The notes under the pieces are model-generated. The model was not told the DNA's origin, searched no databases, and worked only from the letters and a program-made list of their open reading frames with translations. From assembly GCA_964464975.1 (NCBI GenBank), contig CAYXKV010000001.1, forward strand, positions 457-64,456: a DNA stretch of 64,000 nucleotides, in the 5' to 3' direction. Source of the stretch: an uncultured Candidatus Saccharibacteria bacterium. GTDB lineage: Bacteria; Patescibacteriota; Minisyncoccia; Phycocordibacterales; WO2-35-19. This document shows positions 47,983-58,266 of this stretch, in pieces. Within the stretch, counting starts at the first letter, position 1. Every line of letters begins with the position of its first letter. The position numbers and the translations under genes were made by a program.

Positions 47983-49267
47983 ATGAGGAAAGAAGGCGAA
48001 AAAATTTTTTTGGTTTTGATTTTGCTTTTCTTTTTGGTGGGATCAGAAATGGCACTTTCCCAGTCTGCAGACGAGCTCAGACAAAACATAGACTCCCATA
48101 ATGAAAAAATCAAACAATTAGATGAGGAGATTGAGGCTTACACAAAACAAATCGAGGCTGTAGGCAGCGAAGCCAAGAACCTGCAAAGCGCGGTCAAAGT
48201 TTTAGATATTAACCAAAGCAAAATCAAAACTGAAATCAAAAAGACCGAGACCAATATCAGCAAGACCAATTTGACTCTCAAAGAACTTGTAGACGAGATA
48301 GGGGATATCGAAATAAAAATTGGCTCCAATGTCGGAGCTATAGCAAAAACCTTGAGCAGTATGCGTATGAAAGATGACGAGTCCTTGATTGAGAGTTTGC
48401 TTGTAAACAAAAGCATCGCCGAAGTCCTCGACGAATACGAGACCATCAGAGAGTTTCAGGAGAAGGTGCGCGGCAAGACTTTTGAACTTGACATTTATAA
48501 AAATGAATTGTTAGGTAAAAAATCTGCCGTGGAATCAGAAAAGAAAAAGCTAGTTTCTTTAAACGACAACCTAAAAGATCAAAATCAAATTCTTACCAAC
48601 AATAAGCAATAAGAAGGAGAAAACAGGGCTTCTCAATGCCACCAAAAACAAAGAAGCTGAATACAAGAGAATTTTAGCAGTGCGCCAGGCCGAGAGAGAA
48701 AGGTTTGAGAAGGAGCTCTTTGAGTACGAATCTAGGCTGAAGAGAATAATCGACCCAGACAGCTTTCCTTCGGCTAAAAAGGGTGTTTTGTCATGGCCTT
48801 TAGACAACATCTATATAACCCAACCCTTCGGAAGAACCGTAGATTCTGTAAGGCTATATGTTTCCGGCACCCACAACGGTGTTGACTTCAGAGCTAGCCG
48901 TGGCACTCCGGTCATGGCGGTTTTGGACGGAGTGGTAGAGGGGGTTGGTAATACTGATGAACAACCGGGCTGCTACTCATATGGAAAGTGGGTGCTTATA
49001 AAGCACGACAACGGCCTTTCAAGCCTCTATTCGCACCTCGACCTTATCAAGGCGCCCCAAGGAGCCAAGGTCATGACTGGCGATGTGATCGGCTACAGCG
49101 GCCAGACCGGATATGCCACGGGCCTGCACCTGCACTTGACACTTTTTGCAAGCCAAGGAGTTACGGTCCAAAAATACTCTTCGAGCAGAAATTGCAAAAA
49201 TGTTATCATACCGATAGCCGATGTTAGAGCTTACCTTGACCCCATGCTTTATTTCCCAAGTCTTTAA
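47983..49267 (+). pseudogene. Coiled-coil plus M23 peptidase (EnvC/CwlO-like), frameshifted by a 7-bp duplication
   Basis: ORFs 47983-48612 and 48680-49267 join into 425 aa if one CAATAAG (48600-48613) is removed; HNGVD and HLH M23 motifs. Confidence 0.85.
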
Positions 49268-49310
49268 TTATTTTATTTTTTAGTATTTAATTATCCGCTA
49301 AAATAAAAAC

Positions 49311-49568
49311 ATGGTAGATAAACTAAAAACACGATCGCGAGCGACCTCAGGAGGTTTTATACAGTTAGTTTTCATCGTTATCACAGCCCTTATCATACTC
49401 AAATACGCTTTTGAAGTTGATATAGTCGGTTTTTTGACCTCAGGCAAGGTCAAGGACTGGCTTGATAAATTATATGCCTTCGGTTTAGCAGGGTGGAATA
49501 AATATAAGGAAATCATCACAGCAGGGTGGACGTGGTGGTCTGATCTGTATAAAAAAATATTTAATTAG
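49311..49568 (+). CDS. Hypothetical membrane protein
   Basis: 85 aa, GGFIQLVFIVI hydrophobic segment; TAAAAT 6 nt before ATG. Confidence 0.6.
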   Translation: MVDKLKTRSRATSGGFIQLVFIVITALIILKYAFEVDIVGFLTSGKVKDWLDKLYAFGLAGWNKYKEIITAGWTWWSDLYKKIFN

Positions 49569-49732
49569 ATTTGCTGCAAGAAAAATTTTTATGGTGGGGA
49601 AGAAGTAGTTGTTTGAAGTAAAGCCTCCTCCGCCTTATTTTAACATAATTAGAGTTTCCAAAGATATATTGTGCGACGTTCATATAGTTTCTGGGCATAT
49701 ATATTACATTTAATTGATAGGTCTTGAAATAA

Positions 49733-49776
49733 ACAAAAACTCGTTCCCCTTTTTATGAGAGCGGACGAGTTTTTGT
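49733..49776. terminator. Bidirectional intrinsic terminator
   Basis: ACAAAAACTCGTTC...GGACGAGTTTTTGT between convergent genes. Confidence 0.65.
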
Positions 49777-49789
49777 CTTCTGTAGTTAT

Positions 49790-50257
49790 TTATTTATTTA
49801 CTGCGAGATCCTTATATTCGGAGTAGGCCGCACTTCTCCCCCAGCAGGGCATGGACGATTTCCAAGGACGAACCCCGTACTTTTCATATATGTGCCTTGC
49901 GTAGGCGGCGTTGCCCTCGAGAGTCAGGATATCATACCCGAGCTTATCCGAATCACCTTTGTGATAATACTCGTTGATCTGCATCACACCTCTGTCGAGA
50001 CTGTTGACCTCTCCGCGAAGCACGTTTCCGTTCTCGTCATAGTGCCTGAATCTTGATTCGCACTTCGCAATCTCCACCATTATGGGGATGTCTGAGAAGT
50101 ATGCTTTAACATATTCCTCGACTGTTATTTTTCTCTCTGCGTCAATCTTCCTTGAAGCGGGAATGGTTTCCTTTGCTTCAAACTTCTCTGCGAGTACTGC
50201 CGGAATATTTGTCTGGTTAAATCCGGTAATGCTTGTTGCAAGCATGGTTAGACCCAA
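49790..50257 (-). CDS. Lytic transglycosylase-like (lysozyme fold) secreted protein; start uncertain
   Basis: IAKCES, DRGVMQIN, GVRPWKSS. Confidence 0.8.
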   Translation of the reverse strand: MGLTMLATSITGFNQTNIPAVLAEKFEAKETIPASRKIDAERKITVEEYVKAYFSDIPIMVEIAKCESRFRHYDENGNVLRGEVNSLDRGVMQINEYYHKGDSDKLGYDILTLEGNAAYARHIYEKYGVRPWKSSMPCWGRSAAYSEYKDLAVNK

Positions 50258-50473
50258 AGCGGTAGCCTGGAAAATAAGCCAATTGTTTAATTTTAATCCC
50301 GGACTTTTACGTCTCTTCTCTCCCCCACCCTTATTGGGAATTATCGGGGGAAGCCGGGGGATCTTTGGGCGAAAGGATCGAGGAGCGAACCCTAAAGTTA
50401 TTACCCCGCTTTAACGGCAAAGATCCTCTTAAAAACACAAAATCCAGCACTAATTACTACTGGACACAATTCC

Positions 50474-50503
50474 ATTATAGCATTTTTAGACCTAAAAAGT
50501 CAA
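50474..50503 (-). promoter_or_regulatory. Sigma70 promoter for the transglycosylase leader
   Basis: TTGACT-18-TATAAT with extended TG; spacer holds palindrome TTTTTAG-AC-CTAAAAA. Confidence 0.65.
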
Positions 50504-50625
50504 CCCTCTTAAATGAAAAAACAATTAAATATGGCTCAATTTAGCCATATTTTTAATATTTTTATACAACGAAATATAATACTTTTCAATATTTTAGGAC
50601 CTTTGGATGGTTCTTTCTGGTTTTT

Positions 50626-52107
50626 TCAGTATTGGACCGATTCTCCCGGCAAAACTCCGCTTAAAATCTCAATCATTCCGTTATTTCCCGTCAGTCCTAG
50701 CTCCACTCTGGTTTTATTTGTCTTGCCGTTAATCATTTTCTCGACAAAACCTAACTCGCCATCCTTCTTTACCGCATAGGAAGGCAAGACAACGACTCCG
50801 TTCTTTCTTGATGTTTCTATCCTTATATCTGCCGTCAATCCGCTTTTAAGCCTTTCCACCTTATCCATAAGGTCAACCCTCACTTTATAATTTACGACTC
50901 CGTCAATTACCACTTCACCGGGCTCAATATACGAGACTGATCCTGAAAACACCTCGCCCGGGAAAGCATCGAAAGTGATTTGAGCCGGATTGCCTTGAGA
51001 GATTTTGCCTATGTTTATCTCTGAAATATTCGACTCTATGTACATTTTCCCATTACTCGAAATTCTGACAAGTTTGGACCCGGACAATACCGTCTCCCCT
51101 ACTTTTGCATCTTGTCTTATGATAACGCCATCAAAAGGAGCAATTATCGAAGACTTTCCGATCTCGGCCATTATAGCCGAGACGCTCGCTCTCGCTTGCG
51201 ACACCTTGGCCTCCTGTGCGAGTACGTCTTCAAACTCCCCCGTTTCCCCAAGAAGAGGAGCCGAATTGAACTTATCCTTAGCCGTCACTAGACTCGATAT
51301 AGCTGATGATACTTGAGTTCTTGCCGACGCGGCAGTGGTCTTGTATGTATTGACCGTCGAAAGATAAGAGTATTCCGCAGGAGTGAATGTGTTGATAGCT
51401 CCGGCTACCTTATCGAGAAATGATAAAATCTTTTTAAGATCGGTAATGGATTTATCGGCAACTGACACGATGTTTTCGCCATTTATTGCGCCGAGGGAAA
51501 TCTGCCAATCTTTGAGGATTTTTTCAACATCCTTTCTTTCGTTACTTACACTCAGAGAGATCTCGGTCGGTATATCAAAATAGTGCACATAGTTTCCGTC
51601 AGTGAAAGTGACCTCAAATTTAGGATTGGAAGTGTTGTTGGTAAAAAACTGGTCAGCCTTGTTCCGGATCGCGTCATCCGCCGAAGCGAAACCTTCCCTT
51701 ATAGAGGCATCGAGATTCTTCTGGGCATCAGCAAAAGAGATTGGCGCGGTGCTTTTAAGTTCGCGTAAGTTTATCAACTCCTCTTCGAGTAAAGCTTTTG
51801 CCTTTGCGAGATCTGCATTTTCCGACGCCGTTTCAAGCGAAGCGACAACAGCACCTTTTGGTACAACCTCTCCTACGCTAAAATTTACTCTCGACACCCT
51901 GCCGGATTTGTCGAACCCGAGCTCTACGCTTTGATTGGGCTTTACCTTGCCTGCTGCTGTGACTTCTTGAACGATATCGCCTATCTGAGCGGTAGCTGCT
52001 TGCTTGCCATTCTTCCCGTTTCTAACAATAAAAAAACTGCAGGTAACAACTATAGCAAGGCCTATTATGACATATTTTTTCGAAAGGAAAAAAGTGATTT
52101 TTCTCAT
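50626..52107 (-). CDS. Efflux membrane-fusion (periplasmic adaptor) protein
   Basis: Lipoyl half-motifs, long helical hairpin, IIAPFDGV, LKSGLTA. Confidence 0.88.
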   Translation of the reverse strand: MRKITFFLSKKYVIIGLAIVVTCSFFIVRNGKNGKQAATAQIGDIVQEVTAAGKVKPNQSVELGFDKSGRVSRVNFSVGEVVPKGAVVASLETASENADLAKAKALLEEELINLRELKSTAPISFADAQKNLDASIREGFASADDAIRNKADQFFTNNTSNPKFEVTFTDGNYVHYFDIPTEISLSVSNERKDVEKILKDWQISLGAINGENIVSVADKSITDLKKILSFLDKVAGAINTFTPAEYSYLSTVNTYKTTAASARTQVSSAISSLVTAKDKFNSAPLLGETGEFEDVLAQEAKVSQARASVSAIMAEIGKSSIIAPFDGVIIRQDAKVGETVLSGSKLVRISSNGKMYIESNISEINIGKISQGNPAQITFDAFPGEVFSGSVSYIEPGEVVIDGVVNYKVRVDLMDKVERLKSGLTADIRIETSRKNGVVVLPSYAVKKDGELGFVEKMINGKTNKTRVELGLTGNNGMIEILSGVLPGESVQY

Positions 52108-52130
52108 CGTAAGCTATTATAACAAAAATT

Positions 52131-52826
52131 CTAAATTATGCTTTCGGGCTTCCCGTCTGCCAAAATCTTGCCATCACCAATCTTGATAGCCCTTTTAGTG
52201 AGCACTGCGTACTCTGGCTCGTGAGTTACCATGATCACTGTCTGCCCTTCTCTATTAAGATCAAGGAACACGCTCATAACGGTGTTTGCGGTCTCGCTAT
52301 CCAAGTTTGCTGTAGGTTCGTCTGCAAAAATTATCTTCGGGTCGTGAGCTATTGCTCTGGCGATTGAGACCCTTTGCTGTTCCCCGCCGGAGAGTTGGTT
52401 TGGGAGATTGTGGAGCCTGTCACCAAGACCGATTCTTGCAAGAGCGGTTTCTGCTTTTTTGTAAGCGGCATTTTTCACAAGTCCCTGCATCAGAAGGGGT
52501 ACTACGGTATTTTCGATTGCCGTAAGCTCAGGCACAAGTGCATAATCCTGAAAAACGTAGCCAAGCTCGCGGAGTCGAAATTCCGTCCTCTCCTCGTGAT
52601 TTAGCGCTACTACCTCGACTCCGTCTATCACTATCTCCCCGGAATCAGGCTTGTCAAGAAGCCCGAGTTGGTAAAGAAGGGTTGATTTGCCCGATCCTGA
52701 CCTGCCCGTGATTGAAAAGAAATCTCCCTGATCTACCGAAAATGACATTCGGTCCAACACCACGAGGCGAGTGTCCCCTGTTTTAAAAGATTTGGTTAAA
52801 TTTTTTACTGAAACTATGTTGCTCAT
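52131..52826 (-). CDS. ABC transporter ATP-binding protein (MacB/LolD-like)
   Basis: GRSGSGKST, LSGGEQQRV, ADEPTANLD. Confidence 0.93.
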   Translation of the reverse strand: MSNIVSVKNLTKSFKTGDTRLVVLDRMSFSVDQGDFFSITGRSGSGKSTLLYQLGLLDKPDSGEIVIDGVEVVALNHEERTEFRLRELGYVFQDYALVPELTAIENTVVPLLMQGLVKNAAYKKAETALARIGLGDRLHNLPNQLSGGEQQRVSIARAIAHDPKIIFADEPTANLDSETANTVMSVFLDLNREGQTVIMVTHEPEYAVLTKRAIKIGDGKILADGKPESII

Positions 52827-52881
52827 GTTTTAAATTGCACTGTTGGAAATTTATTGAAAATTGCTAATTGATAATTGAAAA

Positions 52882-54162
52882 TTACCTCCCCAATATTGAA
52901 TCCAAAGTATTTTTTTTGACTACGATGCGGGCGGGAATGTAGCCGGCAAAAAGAGTTGCGACCACAAGGAGCAAAACTCTAAGGGATGTAGCGGACACTT
53001 CGGCCACAAGTATGCCATCGCTAAACGGAAACTTGATCGGATGGGCGGCGATGAAGGGCACCAGGAATCCGTAAAGAATTAAAAGCCCCACGCCGATGCC
53101 TACTATTGCATAAAACATCGATTGGAATACGTAAGCTATCTCTATTGACCTTGAGCTGATGCCGATACCCTTGAGAATCCCTATAAACTTCTTTCGGGTA
53201 ATGGCGTTTACAAAAATAACGATAAATATAGTGATCGAGGCCACCACAAGGCCGATGGAACCGACGACGTTGCCCAGGATGGCAAAGGTGTTTTTGATAT
53301 CTATGACGAATTTCGGCACACCTTCTTCATATGTTTGAACCCTTGCAGTTTCCCCTACTCCCATCTTTATTAGGGCATTCTTAGCAAAATATGGATCGAC
53401 TCCGGGCTTTAACTTCACCGCTATTTCGTCGACATTGTAGTCGGTGCGGTCGATTATGTTTCTAAGCATCGTATCGAGCATATAAATTCTCATATCGACT
53501 TCGTCCGCCTTGCTTCTTATTATTCCTTTGACAGTGAATTCGCGTGTTATGCCGCCTACTGTCACTCTGACTTTTGTCCCGGGCTCAACATTCTCAAGAA
53601 AAGAAAAGCTTGCGGAATCCACCGGTACGTATTTTTTCAGAAGATTGGAGCCTAGCATAACAAAATCCGCATCTCCCGGTGACAAAAATTCTCCCTCAAC
53701 AATTTTGGAAGAGAGGTTGGTGGTCTTATCCTCAAGAAGTGGATCAATTCCAGTCACAGCTCCGCCTGCACTGTTTGGGTCATCGGTAAGGTTTACTCTG
53801 GTCTTGTATCCGGCCTCAACCATCCCCCCCCCCTCAATATATCTGGGAGTGAATGATTCCACTATGGACATAGACTCTAACTTGCTTATTATGGATGAAC
53901 TTCCTTCTATATAATTTTTTTTGGGTAAATTTGATATAAAAATGTCGCCAGTCGATACTTGCTTATACACCTGAGATACCCCTTCTATGAGGCCTACGAG
54001 CACCCCCCGCACTACTATCAGATTTAGGAAAGTAAGAGTCATGACGAAAATAATGAGAAAAGTCGTTGCTTTAGTCGAGCGCTTAATCTGCCTGTATGCA
54101 AGATAAAAGCCTACCTTCACATACAGCCAAAAACTTTTTTTATTGTTCCCGTTAAATCTCAA
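52882..54162 (-). CDS. ABC transporter permease (FtsX/MacB-like)
   Basis: 1+3 TM topology, IGILKGIG, PARIV. Confidence 0.88.
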   Translation of the reverse strand: MRFNGNNKKSFWLYVKVGFYLAYRQIKRSTKATTFLIIFVMTLTFLNLIVVRGVLVGLIEGVSQVYKQVSTGDIFISNLPKKNYIEGSSSIISKLESMSIVESFTPRYIEGGGMVEAGYKTRVNLTDDPNSAGGAVTGIDPLLEDKTTNLSSKIVEGEFLSPGDADFVMLGSNLLKKYVPVDSASFSFLENVEPGTKVRVTVGGITREFTVKGIIRSKADEVDMRIYMLDTMLRNIIDRTDYNVDEIAVKLKPGVDPYFAKNALIKMGVGETARVQTYEEGVPKFVIDIKNTFAILGNVVGSIGLVVASITIFIVIFVNAITRKKFIGILKGIGISSRSIEIAYVFQSMFYAIVGIGVGLLILYGFLVPFIAAHPIKFPFSDGILVAEVSATSLRVLLLVVATLFAGYIPARIVVKKNTLDSILGR

Positions 54163-54320
54163 TGTAGTAAAAGCTATTGCCCGGCTTCTTTCAAAACAAG
54201 TGAAAACTCGTATTTGTCTATATTTTCATTTGTACCCAAAACCACTTCATGGAGCCCACTTTTTGGAATATTTTCCATCGTTTTAAATTACTAATAAAAA
54301 TAATTTGAGCATAAAAAGTG

Positions 54321-54782
54321 CTATTTCAGTCCTTTGCAGTTGCTTGCCGGGGTATAACCTTTGGCTCTAGCCTCCTCGATTGAATTGAAAACTATGAGGT
54401 TATTTTCGGAAATCTGCTTGGCCCCGGAGCACCACGGGTAATGATACTTGCTACCGTTCTTTGAAGCAACCACCTGCCCGCTGTCAGGTTGAGTCTCTGG
54501 CATTGAGTCTCCAATTTTCTCATCATCTGCGGCGCTTGCTCCGACACTCGCCGCCTGTTCCCTGCTTCCACCACCATATAAATCTCGGCTGATCACCCTT
54601 ACCGGATCTTTCCCATCCTCAAGTCCTGAAATTCTGCCAAGGGAAAACGAGGTTACCGCCACAAGCAAAATCATGACCGCGGTAAAATATTTCCCGCACA
54701 ATAAACTTCTAATTTTATTCCCAAGGCCAACCTTTTGGGGCTTTTCTTCGATTATATACTGCTCCTCGAATGATTCTTGCAT
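54321..54782 (-). CDS. Membrane-anchored protein with Ada-type metal-binding domain
   Basis: [14 protein letters not shown]...[14 protein letters not shown]. Confidence 0.8.
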   Translation of the reverse strand: MQESFEEQYIIEEKPQKVGLGNKIRSLLCGKYFTAVMILLVAVTSFSLGRISGLEDGKDPVRVISRDLYGGGSREQAASVGASAADDEKIGDSMPETQPDSGQVVASKNGSKYHYPWCSGAKQISENNLIVFNSIEEARAKGYTPASNCKGLK

Positions 54783-54872
54783 TTTTGGTTCGTTTTTATT
54801 ATACTATTCGTAACTGATTATATCAGTTTTGTTTTTGTTTTTCTCTTAAAATTTTGCTTTTATTTTACAAAA

Positions 54873-55145
54873 ATGGCACATAAAAAGGCGGCAGGAACAA
54901 CCAAAAACGGTAGAGACTCAAACCCGAAATACCTCGGGGTCAAACTCTATGACGGAAGTGTTGCATCCGTAGGTTCTATAATCATCCGGCAGAGAGGTTC
55001 AAAGATTCTTCCGGGCACCGGAGTTCGCATGAGCCGCAACTACACCATCTTTGCCATGAAAAACGGTAAGATCAAGATGTCGCAGAAACGCAAGGCTCAT
55101 TTCGACGGCAAGACCATGCTAAAGAAAGTTGTAAGCGTCGTCTAA
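54873..55145 (+). CDS. rpmA: 50S ribosomal protein L27
   Basis: [22 protein letters not shown]. Confidence 0.97.
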   Translation: MAHKKAAGTTKNGRDSNPKYLGVKLYDGSVASVGSIIIRQRGSKILPGTGVRMSRNYTIFAMKNGKIKMSQKRKAHFDGKTMLKKVVSVV

Positions 55146-55149
55146 TTTT

Positions 55150-55563
55150 TTAGTAGGATTTTATAAATGCAAAAAACCACCGCGCCGTCATGCGGTTCGG
55201 TGGTCTGATTTTTTGCTCCCCTCTGCGGAGAATTCTGTATTCCAAAAGCTTTTTCCTCTCTGCAAATGGTAGGCCTGAGAGCCGGCCGTATTTTATGCTA
55301 ATCTCAATGGTCGCAAAGAGGACGGCGTTCCCTGAAACAAACTCCTTAAGATCGCCTATACTATCCCAACCAAGCTCGATCTCAATCCCTCTGTCGTTGC
55401 GGAAAGTCAAAGACTTGGGGGAACCGTTTATTATGTTTAGGGAGTATGCGTCCATTAGCGCATCCTCTATCACAAACGGTTTTCCGGACACTCCGACCCT
55501 GTCCAGAGCGAACAGTGCCAGGAACCCGGCTACAAGTGACGAGAAATATGCAATTACTTTCAC
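55150..55563 (-). CDS. Hypothetical protein
   Basis: GTG start after AGGAGG; hydrophobic N-terminus. Confidence 0.5.
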   Translation of the reverse strand: MKVIAYFSSLVAGFLALFALDRVGVSGKPFVIEDALMDAYSLNIINGSPKSLTFRNDRGIEIELGWDSIGDLKEFVSGNAVLFATIEISIKYGRLSGLPFAERKKLLEYRILRRGEQKIRPPNRMTARWFFAFIKSY

Positions 55564-55604
55564 ACCCGCCTCCTATCATATTATAACACAAAATCGCTTT
55601 TTGG

Positions 55605-56048
55605 TTACTCCGCTTCTATAGTAAGCAGAAACTCTCCTTCCCCGTGATCGGTTTTTACGTTTATTTTGTGGTCGCCGATTTCTTTAATAGGTTTTAAAAT
55701 TGCGATCATATCAACCGGAATTTCAATGTTGGCCTCCTTCTTGAGAGCCTCCGTTATTTCAACCTCATGAATTTTTTCAAAAAGATGCCCCTTTTCGTTT
55801 GCTTTTTTCTTAATTACCACTTTGACTCCGCTCAATAGCTCAAGCTGCTTTTCCAAGAGTTTTTCCTTTATTTCTTGTTCTGTATCATGCGCGGACTTAA
55901 GCATTTCTGCTTTTTTTACAGCATTTACTGTCGCATATTCAGCAAGTTTATTTGGGATCAGATAATTGTTGGCGTATCCATCGGATACTTCTTTTACTTC
56001 ATGTTTCTTACCCAAATTTTTTACATCCTCTTTTAAAACGATTTTCAT
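55605..56048 (-). CDS. rplI: 50S ribosomal protein L9
   Basis: MKIVLKEDVKNLG, VSDGYANNYLIP. Confidence 0.95.
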   Translation of the reverse strand: MKIVLKEDVKNLGKKHEVKEVSDGYANNYLIPNKLAEYATVNAVKKAEMLKSAHDTEQEIKEKLLEKQLELLSGVKVVIKKKANEKGHLFEKIHEVEITEALKKEANIEIPVDMIAILKPIKEIGDHKINVKTDHGEGEFLLTIEAE

Positions 56049-56092
56049 GGGCACAATGATAATCTATATTTCTGTTTAAGGCAACGGCTGGG

Positions 56093-57310
56093 CTAATTTT
56101 TATTTTTCAAATATTTAACCGCTTCGTCGAGCACGGGGTCATTGCCATCCTTAGTATTTAGTGCCGTAGATTCGACTTCTATATCCGGAGTCAAACCGCC
56201 ATCAGATATAGAGTTTCCGTTCGGAGTAAGCCAGTGAGCGACCGTTACTTTAAGCGACGTATTGTCAGTTACAGGTATTAGCTCCTGGACCGAACCCTTG
56301 CCGAAAGTAGTTTCTCCGATCAAAACCGCCTTGCCGTACTCTCGCATTGCTCCGGCGAAGATTTCCGAAGCTGAGGCCGAACCTTCGTTCACAAGAATAG
56401 CCATTTTTAAGTTTTCGTTGAAAATATCGTACCCTTTGCTCTTATAAACTTCTGGTTCCTGTTTTTGGCCGAAATCTTCAGTGACCACCACTTTCCCAGT
56501 TGGCAAAAACCAGCTTGCCATATCAATGGCCGCCTCAAGATAACCTCCTGGATTATTGCGCAGATCAACAACAAGCTTATCCGTCTTTGATTCGATAAAC
56601 TCTCGCAACGCTCTTCTGAAAAATCCAGGGGAGTTCGCGGAGAAGTTGTAGAGTTCAATCACAAAGACATCATCGCCTACAATTTTCGTGTTAACGGTGG
56701 GTATGTCTATGGTTGCTCTGGTAATCCTTTTTACCAATGGAGTTTCCTCCCCTTCCCTGCCGAAAGTGATCACCACTTCGGTCCCCACTTCTCCGCGAAT
56801 CAGCTTTATGGCTTCATCGGTAGTCATACCTGCAGTCGCGGTCTCGCCAATAAAAAGTATCTTGTCTCCGGCCTTGACTCCGGCATTGTATGCAGGAGTA
56901 TCCTTAAGCGGAGCGATAACCGTAAGAGCCCCGTTTGCTATGCCCACTTCCATCCCCACCCCACCGAAACTTCCGCTTATGTCCTCCTCGAAAGCTTTTG
57001 ATTCTACCGGTGGAAAAAATACCGTGTAAGGATCGTTGTAAGAAGCCGCCAAACCTTCAATCGAGGTCCAGATTTTGTCCTCAGCGGAAGTAGGTTTTGT
57101 GGTTGAAGAAGATGGAGCAAACCTTTCTTCAAGTATGTTCCAAACCTTCCAATAAGGCGCCATATCCACACCCTCCGTAGAAGTGGCGTTCAGTATGTAG
57201 GCCGGCACTTTTTCGGAGGATCCCTTTTGGCCCGCATGGAAGCCTGCGGCGTATAAGGCCACTATTAAGATTATGGAAATTATTACGCTTTGAAACCTTT
57301 CGTTCCTCAT
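56093..57310 (-). CDS. S41 C-terminal processing peptidase
   Basis: PDZ domain, DLRNNPGG, SASASEI, TFGKGSVQ. Confidence 0.93.
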   Translation of the reverse strand: MRNERFQSVIISIILIVALYAAGFHAGQKGSSEKVPAYILNATSTEGVDMAPYWKVWNILEERFAPSSSTTKPTSAEDKIWTSIEGLAASYNDPYTVFFPPVESKAFEEDISGSFGGVGMEVGIANGALTVIAPLKDTPAYNAGVKAGDKILFIGETATAGMTTDEAIKLIRGEVGTEVVITFGREGEETPLVKRITRATIDIPTVNTKIVGDDVFVIELYNFSANSPGFFRRALREFIESKTDKLVVDLRNNPGGYLEAAIDMASWFLPTGKVVVTEDFGQKQEPEVYKSKGYDIFNENLKMAILVNEGSASASEIFAGAMREYGKAVLIGETTFGKGSVQELIPVTDNTSLKVTVAHWLTPNGNSISDGGLTPDIEVESTALNTKDGNDPVLDEAVKYLKNKN

Positions 57311-57358
57311 TTTCGTCTGTGATATAATAATTCCATTATAACATCCTCGCCTTAAAAC

Positions 57359-58261
57359 ATGCTAAGTATAAGGACTCTATCAGATCATATATGGGCGGAC
57401 CTGAGCTCGCCGACAAAAGACGAGGTTGATTCAGTGATACTTTCCCAAAACATTGATCCCCTGATCGGCAAAGACCTGCTTACCCCTACCCCCAAGCCGC
57501 AGGTAAAAATTGGGCCTGATTATATTTATTCAGTCATGTATATACCGGTATTTCGGCATTCCCATTCTGAAGGCACAAGCCAAGAGATCGATTTTGTCAT
57601 ACAAAAAAATACCTTGACTACGGCTCGCTATGATTCGGTGGACGCCATGCACCATTTTGCCAAGCAGCTAGAGGTCGAGAGCATATTAAATCGGGTGGAG
57701 GAAGAGCATCTTTTTTTTGGGCTGATGCGAGAGATTTATAAAACCATTACAGACGAGATTTTATACACCGAAGACTGGTTAAGCGAGGTCGAAAAAAACA
57801 TTTTTACCGGCAAGGAAAAAGAAATGGTATTCTCGATATCAAATATCGGCAGGAACCTTTTAAATTTCAAGAGAGCCATTGATCCTCACGGCAGGGTTTT
57901 TGAGGTCCTCAAGGAAACAGGCGGTGATAAATTCGGGGAGAGTTTTAAATATGGAGCAGAAGCATTGCACGAGGAGTGGCGCCGTGTGATGAGGGCCGTG
58001 AATAACATGATTGACCTCGTAAACGAGATCCGCGAGACCAACAATGCCATGCTTAGTACCAAGCAAAACGAGATAATGAAAATCTTTACTATACTGGCTT
58101 TCGTGACTTTTCCGCTCTCTCTCATTGCTGCGATTTTTGGAATGAATGCCTCATATATTCCAATCATAGGCATGGCCTATGATTTCTGGATAATAATGGC
58201 AATAATGCTTGCTATGAGCATTGCGATGTATTCATATTTCAAGTATAAGAGATGGATATAG
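57359..58261 (+). CDS. CorA-family divalent cation transporter
   Basis: NEIMKIFT, FGMN signature, two C-terminal TMs. Confidence 0.9.
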   Translation: MLSIRTLSDHIWADLSSPTKDEVDSVILSQNIDPLIGKDLLTPTPKPQVKIGPDYIYSVMYIPVFRHSHSEGTSQEIDFVIQKNTLTTARYDSVDAMHHFAKQLEVESILNRVEEEHLFFGLMREIYKTITDEILYTEDWLSEVEKNIFTGKEKEMVFSISNIGRNLLNFKRAIDPHGRVFEVLKETGGDKFGESFKYGAEALHEEWRRVMRAVNNMIDLVNEIRETNNAMLSTKQNEIMKIFTILAFVTFPLSLIAAIFGMNASYIPIIGMAYDFWIIMAIMLAMSIAMYSYFKYKRWI

Positions 58262-58266
58262 GATAT

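Noticed and set aside
48610-48612. Stop-codon readthrough or alternative genetic code in the M23 gene
   Set aside because: The downstream half is in a different frame; the 7-bp duplication explains it, and TGA, TAA and TAG all end conserved genes normally.
49561-49698. 45-aa minus-strand ORF MPRNYMNVAQYIFG
   Set aside because: No recognisable motif or clear promoter; could be chance in an AT-rich spacer.
54174-54278. 34-aa minus-strand ORF upstream of the ABC permease
   Set aside because: Too short, not in frame with the permease, no supporting signal.
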